A stretch of 63,531 bases of DNA, the filler included, from Octopus bimaculoides (taxonomy: Eukaryota): the NCBI RefSeq assembly GCF_001194135.2. It is 4 parts of 4 records of this genome, joined end to end, with 100 filler letters (N's around TTAATTAATTAA, not from the genome) between each part and the next. Parts side by side here need not be neighbours in the genome. Positions count along the whole stretch, not along the records: positions 1 to 31,671 come from NC_068991.1; positions 31,772 to 49,026 come from NC_069006.1; 2 more parts are not named here. One strand, written 5' to 3'. The notes below the pieces were generated by a model. It did not search any database. It worked only from the letters and a program-made list of their open reading frames with translations, and was not told where the DNA came from. Below, piece by piece: positions 27,595 through 37,789 of this stretch; position 1 is the first letter of the stretch; each line of letters starts with the position of its first letter. A program made the position numbers and the translations under genes.

Positions 27595-28360
27595 TTCCTT
27601 TTGAATGTTATTTAAGTTCTTGAGAGAGTTCAGGCCGGTTGCTAACAAAACGACAAGACTTTTGAGTTAAGAGAGTTCCCGGTGTTTCTAAATATGTAGT
27701 TGAGTTGGTGTGTTGCTTGAACTGTCGATGTACATTTCCAAGTGTGCGCGTCTATTCATCTAAAGAATCTCAGATGGAGAATCTTTGGAATGTCTTACAA
27801 ATCTTCACAGTGACGCTAATAGATTGGATTTGGAAAGGCGGTGAGCTGGCACACCGGGCGAAATGCTTAGCGGTAGATCATCTGTCTTTACGTTGTGAGT
27901 TCAAATTCCGCCGAGGTCGACTTTGCCTTTCATCCTTAAGAACCAGTTGCGTACTGGGCTCGATCTAGTCGGCTGGCCCCCTCCCATAAAAATTTCGTGC
28001 CTTGTGCCTAGAGTAGAAAAGAATAGATTGGATTTGGAGAATCTGCATCAGTTTCCTTTGTTCTTTCTTCGAAAAACCTAGTATTTCTAGGGTTTTGTGT
28101 AAAGTTGTTGGTACATAGTCTAATGTTTCTATGGTTGTATGTACAAATAGCTAGGGTACAAGAGCTCTAAGTTTCACATTAATTCACTATAAATGTTCAC
28201 GTTTTCTTCTATTTTTGATTGTATATTCATATCCGCTGGGTATCTCACCTCTACAACAGTGTATAACTTTTGTGCCCTCTCCCACAGAAAAATATTTTCT
28301 GTTATGTTTGCACCAGTTTGCTGTTTTTATTGGAGTGTTCCTTGTTTTTTTAAAGTTGTT
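27595..28360 (-). mobile_element. 5'-truncated RLE-type non-LTR retrotransposon, (CATA)n-tailed, interrupted by a SINE
   Basis: Minus-strand translation IFLWERAQKLYTVVEVRYPADMNIQSKIEENVNIYSEL*NLELLYPSY...LEILGFSKKEQRK...QIQSISVTVKICKTFQRFSI*. The 3' UTR runs into (CATA)n at 27533-27594. Confidence 0.75.
27835..28021 (+). mobile_element. SINE family A copy with a perfect 17-bp target-site duplication
   Basis: AATAGATTGGATTTGGA at 27818-27834 and 28022-28038 flanks the SINE. Confidence 0.9.
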
Positions 28361-28687
28361 AATATCCCAGGTATTACTTTAAACTGCATCCGGAAGTTCG
28401 ACCATGGTACGGAAGTTCCGAGATTGAGGAGTGTAGAATCACCTCTAAGCCACTATTGTTCTCAGGTCTACTCTGACCCTGTGTAGTAGCACCAGTTAGG
28501 GTCCCAACTATAGGTTAATCGCCACTGGTTTTATAGCTACTGCGCTGAAAAGTCGAGTCAGTATTCTACAATACTTTATCCAGTTCATACAAATTCACGC
28601 ATAAGAACATCTTGGACTCTCTGAACGTTTTCACGGACTTAGTGCGTTTGGGAAGTCGTTTTACTCAGTTGCGAGTTGACTTCCACC

Positions 28688-28892
28688 ATGTATGTATGCA
28701 TGCATGTATATATGTAAATATGTATGTATGTATGCATGCATGTATGTATGTATGTATGTATGTATGTATGTATGTATGCATGTATGTATGTGTGCGTGTG
28801 TCTACGTAAGTATGTATGTATGTACATATGTATATATGTATGTATGTATGTATGCATGCATGTATGTATGTATGTATATATGTATGTATGTA
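28688..28892. repeat. (TATG)n tetranucleotide microsatellite
   Basis: Direct reading. Confidence 0.95.
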
Positions 28893-29024
28893 TAAATGGA
28901 AACAATATTTTTGTTCATTTACATATGTGCCCGTGCACATTCTACAAGCTAAATTTCTGGAATGTTTCGCACATCATTACATTTTCCTCAATGGCTTCAA
29001 ACTGCGATTTTTTAATACGTAATG

Positions 29025-29130
29025 TACGAGGTGTGTTCAAAATGTATCCGACTTTATTATTTCCTGCTGAAACTAATGCTGCGTGGACAAAATCCTTTGA
29101 GAGGAAGGGGACACTACCCTTCCTGCGCAT
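29025..29130 (+). mobile_element. Tc1/mariner terminal fragment
   Basis: TA-CGAGGTGTGTTCAAAATGTATCCGAC resembles a mariner TIR. The partner TIR was not found. Confidence 0.45.
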
Positions 29131-29380
29131 GCGTGAAAATTTTCGTATGTAAGTTTGTATACGTGTGTTTTTCTATGTACCCTCGTTTCTATTCCGATGT
29201 TGGTTTCAGTCATTTGACAAAGGCTACGCTGGGGCTCTGCCTTCAAAGGATTTTGTCGAGTATATCTCCCTGATATATACTCAGTTTGGTGGATATTCTA
29301 TCATCTATATTTGTCGAATCACGTTTTTATACGAAACGACGGTTTTACATAAATACAGACACGAATAGGCAGACATACAA

Positions 29381-29418
<38 letters not shown>

Positions 29419-29639
29419 ATTCATGGATGCATGCGTGCATGTATGTCATTATTCATTTCTATTTCAAGATTTCTTGCCAACAGAGAAAGAGCCGGTCTCT
29501 AACCTAGATCCAAGGCCCCTTCATTTAAATTTCAACATCAACAAGAGGGTATTTTTGTGTTTGTGTATGCATGTATGAATGTATGTATATATGTATGTAT
29601 GTAAGTATGTATGTATGTATGTATGTATGTATGTATGTA

Positions 29640-30195
29640 TACGCACAGATTTGTCTGTTTTGTCTTATGTATGTCTTCTCATGCATATAGTTGCATATTT
29701 AGACATGCTCATATATACTTAAATGATAAACCTCTGGAAAGTTTTACAGATTTTTACAGTCCGAGTGATGGATTGGATCGGTAGCCTTCGAATCAGCTTT
29801 TTCCTTTCTGGTTTTGAGAAGCCTAATTTCTCAAGATTGGTATTTAGGTAGTGTGCTACATATCTCAGTGCCTCATTACAGGCAAAAACCTGAACTTGTT
29901 ATCTGGATAGAGTAATTGCAGATTTCTCAAAAGTTCAGCATAGGTATTGTCTTTTTCACTGATCTTCAGCATTATGTTAACATCCACTGGGCAGCTAATT
30001 TCCACAACTGTGCACAGTTTCTCTTCTCTATCCCAATTCATTGTATCAGGTCTGTTGTGCAAATTGAGGTTTTCACTGGGATATTCCACCAGTACTCCTT
30101 TTTATTGTGTGGCTGTGGCTTTTACCATACTGTGGGTTCTTATTTCTGTGTCCTCGGGGTTATTCTTCCGACAGATTTCCTGATATAGTGTCCTA
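29640..30195 (-). mobile_element. 5'-truncated RLE-type non-LTR retrotransposon flanked on both sides by (CATA)n
   Basis: Minus-strand translation EICRKNNPED...YWWNIPV...HNRPD..WDREEKLCTVVEISCPVDVNIMLKISEKDNTYAELLRNLQLLYPDNKFRFLPV...LEKLGFSKPERKKLIRRLPIQSITRTVKICKTFQRFII* contains a PD-(D/E)xK-type nuclease motif. (TATG)n lies at 29570-29640 and 30205-30252. Confidence 0.8.
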
Positions 30196-31300
30196 GCTAC
30201 AACATCATGTATGTACGTATGTATGTATGTAGGTATGTATGTTTGTATGTATGTGTCTGTCTGTCTGTCTATCTATGCATCTATCCATACACGTGTGTAC
30301 ATGTACGTATATACATATACATATACGTACATATATACAAACCCACACATCACACACGCGCGCAAACACACACACATATATACATGCACACATACACACA
30401 TATATATTTCTACACATATGCACATGCGTGCACACACACATACCTATATATTAGAAAAACTATGCGGAGTTTTGCATAAATTGAGATACAGATTATACTT
30501 ATTTTGTGTGTTTTTAGGAAATAAACACCCGATCTCTGATGAGGTGGTAAGAATTGCTAAAACTATTGAAGTCGATCTTCTTTCCTCGGTCTGAGAGAGA
30601 ACAAAAACATATAGCATAATTAGAATATGAACTTCTGATGGCGAGAGTACTTAACATAAGTTTCCTTTCATACCAATTATTGCAAAAAGCTACGTAGGCT
30701 TCGGTTAATCAATTCTCGCTGCCAATGATTGCACTATGAGGCAATTTAAGACAGTTTGTCTATACTGTAAATGACCGTTTCACATCGACACAAGGCAGAG
30801 ATTTGTGAGGAAGAGACAGTCAATGACATTGGTCTTGTATTTGCCGTCAGAAGGTGTCAAAGTTGACTTCGGCAGGATTTAAGTGTAAAGAGCAAGGACA
30901 AATATTGCAAGGCATTTTGTCCGACGCTCTAACAATTTTGGCAATCATCAGTTTTTGTATGTACTATAAATAAGTATAAGCTACTAATTCTCAGTGGCCA
31001 GTAAAATGAGTAACCAATCGCTGATGAGTGGGTAAGAAACATTAAACGCTGAAACCAGACGATCTTTTTCTGGCCAGAGAAAAAACATCTGGTTTAAATA
31101 TCCAATCTATTTTAGTAAGCGAGCCTAAATATTCGCGCGCGGACACACACACACACACACACACACACAACCATACATACACACGCACGCACGTACGCAT
31201 GCTCACACACAGACACACACAGACACACAGACACACACGTATATTGCATACATGTATATACAGATACATATATATACCTGCATATATACGTATGTATATA

Positions 31301-31671
31301 CAGAGGCTGGACAAAATAATGGAAACACCTTAAAATTTCAAACAAATTTATTTTAATACGTAGCAGGACCACCTTTGGCAGTAATTACAGCTTGAATTTT
31401 ACGAGGTATGGACTCATACAAAGTTTGAATTGTTTCCAAAGGAATTTTTGTCCATTCTTCAGCTAAAACAGTCTCTAGTTCTTGTAGTGATGATGATGGA
31501 GGATATCAACTCTTTACTTGTTTTTCTAAAATGCACCACAAATGTTCAATAATATTGAGATCTAGGGACTGTGGTGGCCAGATAAGATGTTCAACTTCAC
31601 TAGAATGTTCCTCGTGCCATTCAGTAACAACTTTAGCTTTGTGAATTGGTGCATTATCATTCTGAAAGATT
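31301..31671 (-). mobile_element. Tc1-like DNA transposon 3' end (transposase C-terminus plus TIR), cut by a gap
   Basis: IFQNDNAPIHKAKVVTEWHEEHSSEVEHLIWPPQSLDLNIIEHLW...SIPRKIQAVITAKGGPATY* (31353-31670, one premature TGA). TA-CAGAGGCTGGACAAAATAATGGAAACACC terminus. Confidence 0.9.
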
Positions 31672-31715
31672 NNNNNNNNNNNNNNNNNNNNNNNNNNNNN
31701 NNNNNNNNNNNNNNN

Positions 31716-31727
31716 TTAATTAATTAA
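31716..31727. other. Assembly linker TTAATTAATTAA (44 N + 12 + 44 N)
   Basis: The identical 100-bp construct occurs here and at 49071 and 61081. Confidence 0.9.
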
Positions 31728-32986
31728 NNNNNNNNNNNNNNNNNNNNNNNNNNNNNNNNNNNNNNNNNNNNATTTATAGACATACACACACACATACATA
31801 CATACACACGCGCGCTCTCATAAACACATACTGTTTAATGTACATCTGTTACATGTTTTCCACAGTATATTTCACAAGTCTTTTAAGATGTCTTGTATAT
31901 TTTCCTGTTTTTATTTTGTGAATTCATCTCCATTTCAAATTAAATAAACAACGTTAGTGCACACGTACACACTAATACACACACACACCTACCTACCTAA
32001 TTATGTACATATATAGGCCGCTCCCTCCTTCCTTCACACTGGCTATGCATATAATCTATGTATAGCTTACTCTGTGGGACACTCCTGTCGCCAGCTGATG
32101 ATCAGATATCACACGGAATTTCACCGACTCCCAGTGTTGTTGTTATTACTCTTATCCAGTGCCAAAGCATCATAAAGTTACCTGGAGAGATTTGGGGGTG
32201 TCGTTGTTTAAGGTGCTGTGATCCTATTAAGAAGAAGTGGTATTGTTATCACCTTCAACAAGCTATTCGGATTAATTATGAACAGAATTTGAAAGAGGAA
32301 GAAAAAGTTTTGAAAAAAGAAAAAAAATGAAAATGGGAAAAGCTAACTGGTTGGATTGTGATCATGAAGAGGAAATTTCTTTTGTTAATTACTAATTTTA
32401 ATAATGTTGTTAATTAGCCAAAAAACAAACAAACACCATTCATGTATCTTGTAGACGTACCTACATATAAACATGCGATTCATTCATATAAACATTCATA
32501 TTTATGTGCAGATATATACATGTGCTTAGAGACTCTTACATGTGGAGGGTGTGTGTGTGAACTACATATACGAACATTTATTCATATTTAGAGACATTTA
32601 CACACACAAACACACACACATACACACACACACACACACACACATATATATGTGTGTGTATGTGTGTATATATGTGTGTATGTATAGAATTGCAATGTCC
32701 TTCATTATTCTTTAAATAATTGTGTTCTTTGTTATTTTTTAATTAAAGAAAACATGATTTATTATTATTATTATTATCATTATTATTATTATTGTAGTTT
32801 TTATTGTGTTTGAGTTGAGTTTTAGTTGAATTTAATTTAGACATTTCAAAACGGTAATTGATGGCTTTCAAGCTGCTCAAGTTGGTTCCGGTTCTGCCTA
32901 AAGCCATTGTGTCGTTGGTACGGCTTGTCATGAAGACAGTGCACCACATCAGGGCCCAGTTTAAAACCTTTCATTTCTTGACACAG

Positions 32987-33121
32987 AGAGCTGTCTGCTA
33001 TTTTTGCTCCGACCGCATCTGGGGTCTCGGCCGTCAAGGATACAAATGCATCAACTGCAAGCTGTTAGTGCACAAGCGTTGCCACAAACTGGTGAAGCAA
33101 GTATGTGGAGAGATGCAGGTG
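32987..33121 (+). CDS. aPKC: Internal coding exon of atypical protein kinase C (C1 domain)
   Basis: Encodes [67 protein letters not shown] is the aPKC iota/zeta C1 signature. Acceptor ttcatttcttgacacag, donor GTG/gtgagt, 135 nt, phase 0/0. The start (RAxC) matches the vertebrate aPKC exon boundary as I recall it. Confidence 0.95.
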
Positions 33122-33189
33122 GTGAGTTATTCAGACATTTTACTTCCTTTTCCTTGTTCTTGTTGTTGTTTAATGTTGTTGTTGTGAAG

Positions 33190-33440
33190 GTTCATGGCCT
33201 GGTGGTTATGGTGTTGCACTCACGACAGTGGCTTCAATTCCCAGACTGGGTAGTGCGTTGTGTTTTTGAGCAAAAACTCACCTCTTGTTGCTCTGTAATC
33301 ATTTTGACACCCGACATATGACATACTCGTGCACCTGTACAGATAATGTCAAATGTCAATTTAATGGAAGTTTTGACAACACAAACACTTGATCACTATA
33401 AACAAATCATGCATGTGGATGTCCAGCAAGAGATTACAGA
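33190..33440 (+). mobile_element. Decayed tRNA/CORE-like SINE just downstream of the C1 exon
   Basis: TGGTGGTTATGGTGTTGCACTCACGAC...TTCAATTCCC...TTGTGTTTTTGAGCAAAAACT head and CORE-like segment. Confidence 0.55.
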
Positions 33441-33699
33441 ACCCTTGTCGGTCATCTATGACAGGAGAGTCCACCATACTGGTGTTGTTATTATTGTTGT
33501 GATTGTTACTGTTAATAATGTTGATGTTACAGCTGTTGTGGTTGTGTTCTTGTTTGATATTATTCCTGCTGTTATTTTTGTTGTTGTTACCATTATCATA
33601 TTAATCAATAAAATTATTAATTTCTCACATTATTAACCACTCCACATCATTGTGTATGACGACAATAACAAACATCTTAAGGTTATTTTCCTTGCTAAA

Positions 33700-34130
33700 G
33701 TAGGAATTAGCCTTATAGGCCACATGATAGATTTTTTTCCATTTCACTCTATATTCTTCATCCCCCTTCACTAACCTGCCCTTACCCTCATTTCTTCTGC
33801 CACCCTCTTTAATCATGTCTTATTCTTTTCCTTCCCCTACTTCCCTCCACACATTCATTTCCATCGCTTCTCTCACTCTGTCGCTTTCATCCTTCCTCAA
33901 CACATGACTCAACCATTTCATCCCGTTTCTCTTTACAACATCCCTCACTGGCTTCATTCCCGTAATCCTCTTCAATTCATTTTTTGCTGTTCTTACGAGT
34001 CTGTCCAGCACTTATTGTACATTAAATGAAGTTTATTCCAGCACCCATCTTCCTACCCACGACACACAACTAACTCCCTCTTTCCATCTTTCCGCATGCT
34101 TTACCATTTGCCCTCACCTTCATCTTTCGT
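33700..34130 (-). mobile_element. RTE-like LINE 3' fragment
   Basis: ORF 33820-34011 ...VRDVVKRNGMKWLSHVLRKDESDRVREAMEMNV resembles the RTE C-terminal LRWxGHVLR motif. Confidence 0.65.
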
Positions 34131-34144
34131 ATATTCACTCCATA

Positions 34145-34359
34145 CAGTAATCCCTCTCCACATCATGGTTCACCTGTTGTGGTTTATTATTTAAGCTTAC
34201 ATGGATTCCTGTGTGGTGTAGTTTTGCATTTATAATAAAATAAATATATACAAATCATAAAAATTAAAAAAAAAATATACAGTACTGTTTCTACTTTGCG
34301 GATTTTCACCCATCACGATGGGTTTTGGAGGGTAACACCCATGATAGTCGGGATTACTG
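34145..34359. mobile_element. pogo/Tigger-like MITE
   Basis: TIR CAGTAATCCC...GGGATTACTG, preceded by TA. Confidence 0.7.
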
Positions 34360-34539
34360 TGTATCTTTTACTCCTATACAGTCCTTGGGCTTCATCCTCA
34401 ATGAATCCATTCTGTCTGCTATTCAATATTATCACAAGATCCATAGTGTACAGTAATTCCTACAACACACCCTACTTCATGCTTCCTGCCAGCAACTCCA
34501 TCACAACTTTAATAGTCAGCTTAATATTGACCCTTAATA

Positions 34540-34757
34540 AGGCGGCGAGCTGGCAGAATCGTTAGCACGCCGGGCGAAATGCTTAGTGGTATTTCGTCTG
34601 TCTTTATGTTCTGAGTTCAAATTCCGCTTAGGTTGACTTTGCCTTTCATCCTTTCGGGGTCGATAAATTAAGGACCAGGTGCATACTGGGGTCAATCTGA
34701 TCGACTGGCCCCCTCCCTCAAAAATTTCGGGTCTTGTGCCTAGAGTAGAAAAGAATA
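34540..34757 (+). mobile_element. Near full-length SINE family A copy
   Basis: AAGGCGGCGAGCTGGCAGAATCGTTAGCACGCCGGGCGAAATG...GAGTTCAAATTCC...GTGCCTAGAGTAGAAAAGAAT. Confidence 0.9.
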
Positions 34758-34956
34758 TTGACCCTTGATGCACTTCCCTCTTCACTCGAAATTCTTTATC
34801 CTTACTGCTGAGCAATTGCTCACTCATACATCAACACCTCACTCACCAATTAGTTTTCCACTTGTAACTCTCTCAATATCCATGACATCCCATCACAAGA
34901 AAATCTATCAAAACCATTTTTTCCATATCAGTAAACTTAAGAAACACCTTCTCTCT

Positions 34957-35261
34957 CCCTCTCCTTCACCTGTAACTATCTGTCCTTCTCCTTCACCTGT
35001 AACTACCTGTCCCTCTCCTTCACCTGTAACTACCTGTCCCTCTCCTTCACTCTCCTGTCCCTCTCTTTCACCTGTAACTACCTGTCCCTCTCCTTCACCT
35101 GTAACTACCTGTCCCACTCCTTCACTCTCCTGTCCCTCTCCTTCACCTGTAACTACCTGTCCCTCTCCTTCACTCTCCTGTCCCTCTCCTTCACCTGTAA
35201 CTACCTGTCCCTCTCCTTCACCTGTAACTACCTGTCCCTCTCCTTCACCTGTAACTACCTC
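34957..35261. repeat. Minisatellite of interspersed 27-bp and 21-bp units
   Basis: Units CCCTCTCCTTCACCTGTAACTACCTGT and CCCTCTCCTTCACTCTCCTGT. Confidence 0.9.
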
Positions 35262-35824
35262 ATAATAATAACCCCATCTGTCATTCTTCTTCTAGGCATA
35301 AATCCAAACTCCATTCCATCAGTCTTTGCCTTCTTCTTCATCTTTGACTCCAACATTCTTTCACAGTTTTTTCCTTCCATTCTCCAATAATTTTATTTCC
35401 CTCTACAAGCCACAGTCCAAAGAATCCCTTTTTCCCCTTGGAAGAAGCAGCGACAGTACTCAACTCCCCAATCTCCTGGAATATGGTCTTCTGGCACTGC
35501 CAACTCACAGATTTCCATCATTTCCAAATCCCTGCTCCTTTTAACCCATCTCCCACAATTCCTGTCAACCGTTCCCACTTTTCCTTTCTTCATTACTCTT
35601 ATTGCTTTTCGTCTTCTTTCTTGATGACCTGCTCTGCTGATTCAAGAAATGGATTCCTTTCTATGTCAGCATCCCATTCATTCTTCACATTCAACAACTT
35701 TCCTTTCTTTATATATCTCACCTGCCTTCCTTTAATTCCTGCCAGCACCATAATTTTTCTCACTTTTCTCAAAGTACAAGCGTATGCATATGCTCTGAGG
35801 CCTATAAACCACATTAAGAGGAGT

Positions 35825-36262
35825 CAGTCGGAGGTACCAATAGTAGAGGAGTCAGAGGTGCCAATAGTAGAGGAGTCGGAGGTACCAATAGTAGAGGAGT
35901 CGGAGGTACCAATAGTAGAGGAGTCGGAGGTGCCAATAGTAGAGGAGTCAGAGGTGCCAATAGTAGAGGAGTCGAAGGTGCCAATAATAGAGGAGTCGGA
36001 GGTGCCAATAGTAGAGGAGTCGGAGGTGCCAATAGTAGAGGAGTCGGAGGTGCCAATAGTAGAGGAGTCGGAGGTGCCAATAGTAGAGGAGTCGGAGGTG
36101 CCAATAGTAGAGGAGTCGGAGGTGCCAATAGTAGAGGAGTCGGAGGTGCCAATAGTAGAGGAGTCGGAGGTGCCAATAGTAGAGGAGTCGGAGGTGCCAA
36201 TAGTAGAAGAGTCGGAGGTGCCAATAGTTAGTAGAGGAGTCGGAGGTACCAATAGTAGTCGA
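35825..36262. repeat. 24-bp minisatellite, about 18 near-identical copies
   Basis: Unit GTCGGAGGTGCCAATAGTAGAGGA. Confidence 0.95.
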
Positions 36263-36417
36263 GTCGGAATCGAAGATTTTTGTTTCGATTCCATATCCCT
36301 GATTGAAAGATAACTTGATGTGTGATGTGATAATGATGCAAGAGAGAATGAGGAAGTCTGTGAGTGGCTTGTTCAATATCTTTGATCATTTCCATTCAAC
36401 CGTTTCTTTTCTGTCAG

Positions 36418-36493
36418 GATACACCAATGTACCGCCAAGAACAGCCTGCCCTCAACACAGACGAAGCCTCTCAGAATGGATTACACTCTGCAG
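36418..36493 (+). CDS. aPKC: Probable aPKC hinge exon following the C1 exon
   Basis: Acceptor cgtttcttttctgtcag, donor CAG/gttaga, 76 nt, phase 0 to 1. Open frame DTPMYRQEQPALNTDEASQNGLHSA continues the C1 exon. As I recall, the vertebrate exon after C1 is also a short phase 0/1 exon. The hinge is poorly conserved, so the call rests on splice signals and phase. Confidence 0.7.
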
Positions 36494-36594
36494 GTTAGAT
36501 AATTAATGATAATTACACTAACAATGAAGACGTTAATAACAACACTTTCAAATTTCAGCACAAAGCCTTCATCATCATCATTATAATTATAATA

Positions 36595-36800
36595 ATCCTT
36601 TCTATTATAGGCACAAAGCCTGAAAATTGGTGGAAGAGAGTTAGTCGATTACATTCACCCCCAGTACTTGACTGGTATTTTATTTTATCCCATAGGAATG
36701 AAAGGTGAAGTTGATCTTGGCTAGATTTGAACCCAGAGTGCAGAAAGCCAGAAGAGATTCCTCCAAGATTTTGTTCAGCACATTAACGATTCTGCCAGCT
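36595..36800 (-). mobile_element. SINE family A copy (CpG-decayed)
   Basis: Reverse complement of the family A consensus, ending ...TTAACGATTCTGCCAGCT. Confidence 0.75.
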
Positions 36801-36823
36801 TGAATAATAACGATAATTGTTAT

Positions 36824-36854
<31 letters not shown>

Positions 36855-36857
<3 letters not shown>

Positions 36858-37415
36858 GCCCTGATGCAGTACCAGGCAGTGGCTCTCATGGCTTCTGATC
36901 TTAATTGATTGGAAATGTTATCATGTACATTGTTTTGTCTTGGTATAAAAAGATGGGCTACAGCAAATATTCTGCTCAATACCACAGATTTGCTTGTCAG
37001 TTGTTTGACCACAACCAGTTGAGCATGTCCCTTACGTGGCTGACGATATGTGCATCTCTGTTCACGAGCAGAAGTAGTGGGGGAGCATCATAGCTATGTG
37101 TTGAGAGGAATTCTTTGAGGTTTGGATAATTCACCTTTGGAAACATGGGTGTTTTGCTCAACATCCTTAAACAAACTTTATTCAGAGACCTTTTGAGTGG
37201 GATGAGCTACTTGACCTGAAGAAAATTCTAACTGGTCCCCACCTTGATGTCATGCACTGTTTGTCTTGATATGAGACCACCATGTCACGCACATATGGTT
37301 GTGATGGATGTGCCTGGTATACCCTTATCAGACGGGTAGTCATGATGGGTATACTGGGCTTCGTATATTTTACCCCAGTGTCACTTTGATGGCATGCGCT
37401 GCTCTCTCAATAATG
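36855..37415 (+). mobile_element. Unclassified repeat family D, about 560 bp, TAA tracts on both sides
   Basis: Matches 24540-24797 in reverse. Preceded by (TAA)n at 36829-36855 and ends CTCTCTCAATAATGAT. Confidence 0.65.
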
Positions 37416-37564
37416 ATTGTAATTCTTTTATTGGCCACAAGGGCTAATATGAATACACATAAAAGGACACACAATAATATTAAAAGATAAATACTGGACG
37501 GTACAATAATTATAATAATAAAAGATATCATGGATAGTAGATGAGCAAAATTATTAGATGTGTG

Positions 37565-37735
37565 TATTTGTTCCTGTTCTTTTACATTCTGTGTTCAAAT
37601 CCTCCTGAGGTCAGCTTTGCCTCTCATTATTCCCCTGGGGTCAGTAAAATAAAGTAGCAAACGATAAAGTACTGGGTTTGATGGTACATCTAAAATCCTC
37701 TTCAAAATTTCAGATCATGTCTTTCTTTTAGAAAC

Positions 37736-37740
<5 letters not shown>
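37565..37740 (+). mobile_element. Decayed SINE family A copy
   Basis: TTCTGTGTTCAAATCCTCCTGAGGTCAGCTTTGCC...GGGGTCAGTAAAATAAAGTA. Confidence 0.65.

Positions 37741-37789
<49 letters not shown>

Noticed and set aside
31716-31727. Recurrent TTAATTAATTAA motif (also 49071 and 61081)
   Set aside because: It is always centred in 44 N + 44 N, so it is an assembly linker and not biology.
32858-32986. N-terminal part (MMAFKLLK...) of the ORF containing the C1 domain
   Set aside because: aPKC similarity begins exactly after the acceptor at 32986, so the upstream part is intron read-through.
34765-35265. Mucin-like (SPSPVTTCP)n ORF
   Set aside because: It is the translation of the 27/21-bp minisatellite.
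35825-36262. CRISPR-like regular repeat
   Set aside because: The units are contiguous with no unique spacers, and the context is eukaryotic with no cas genes.
35438-36313. 291-aa ORF with (EESEVPIV)n, and overlapping antisense repeat ORFs
   Set aside because: The open frames come from a stop-free 24-bp minisatellite. The unique part has no recognisable domain or coding context.
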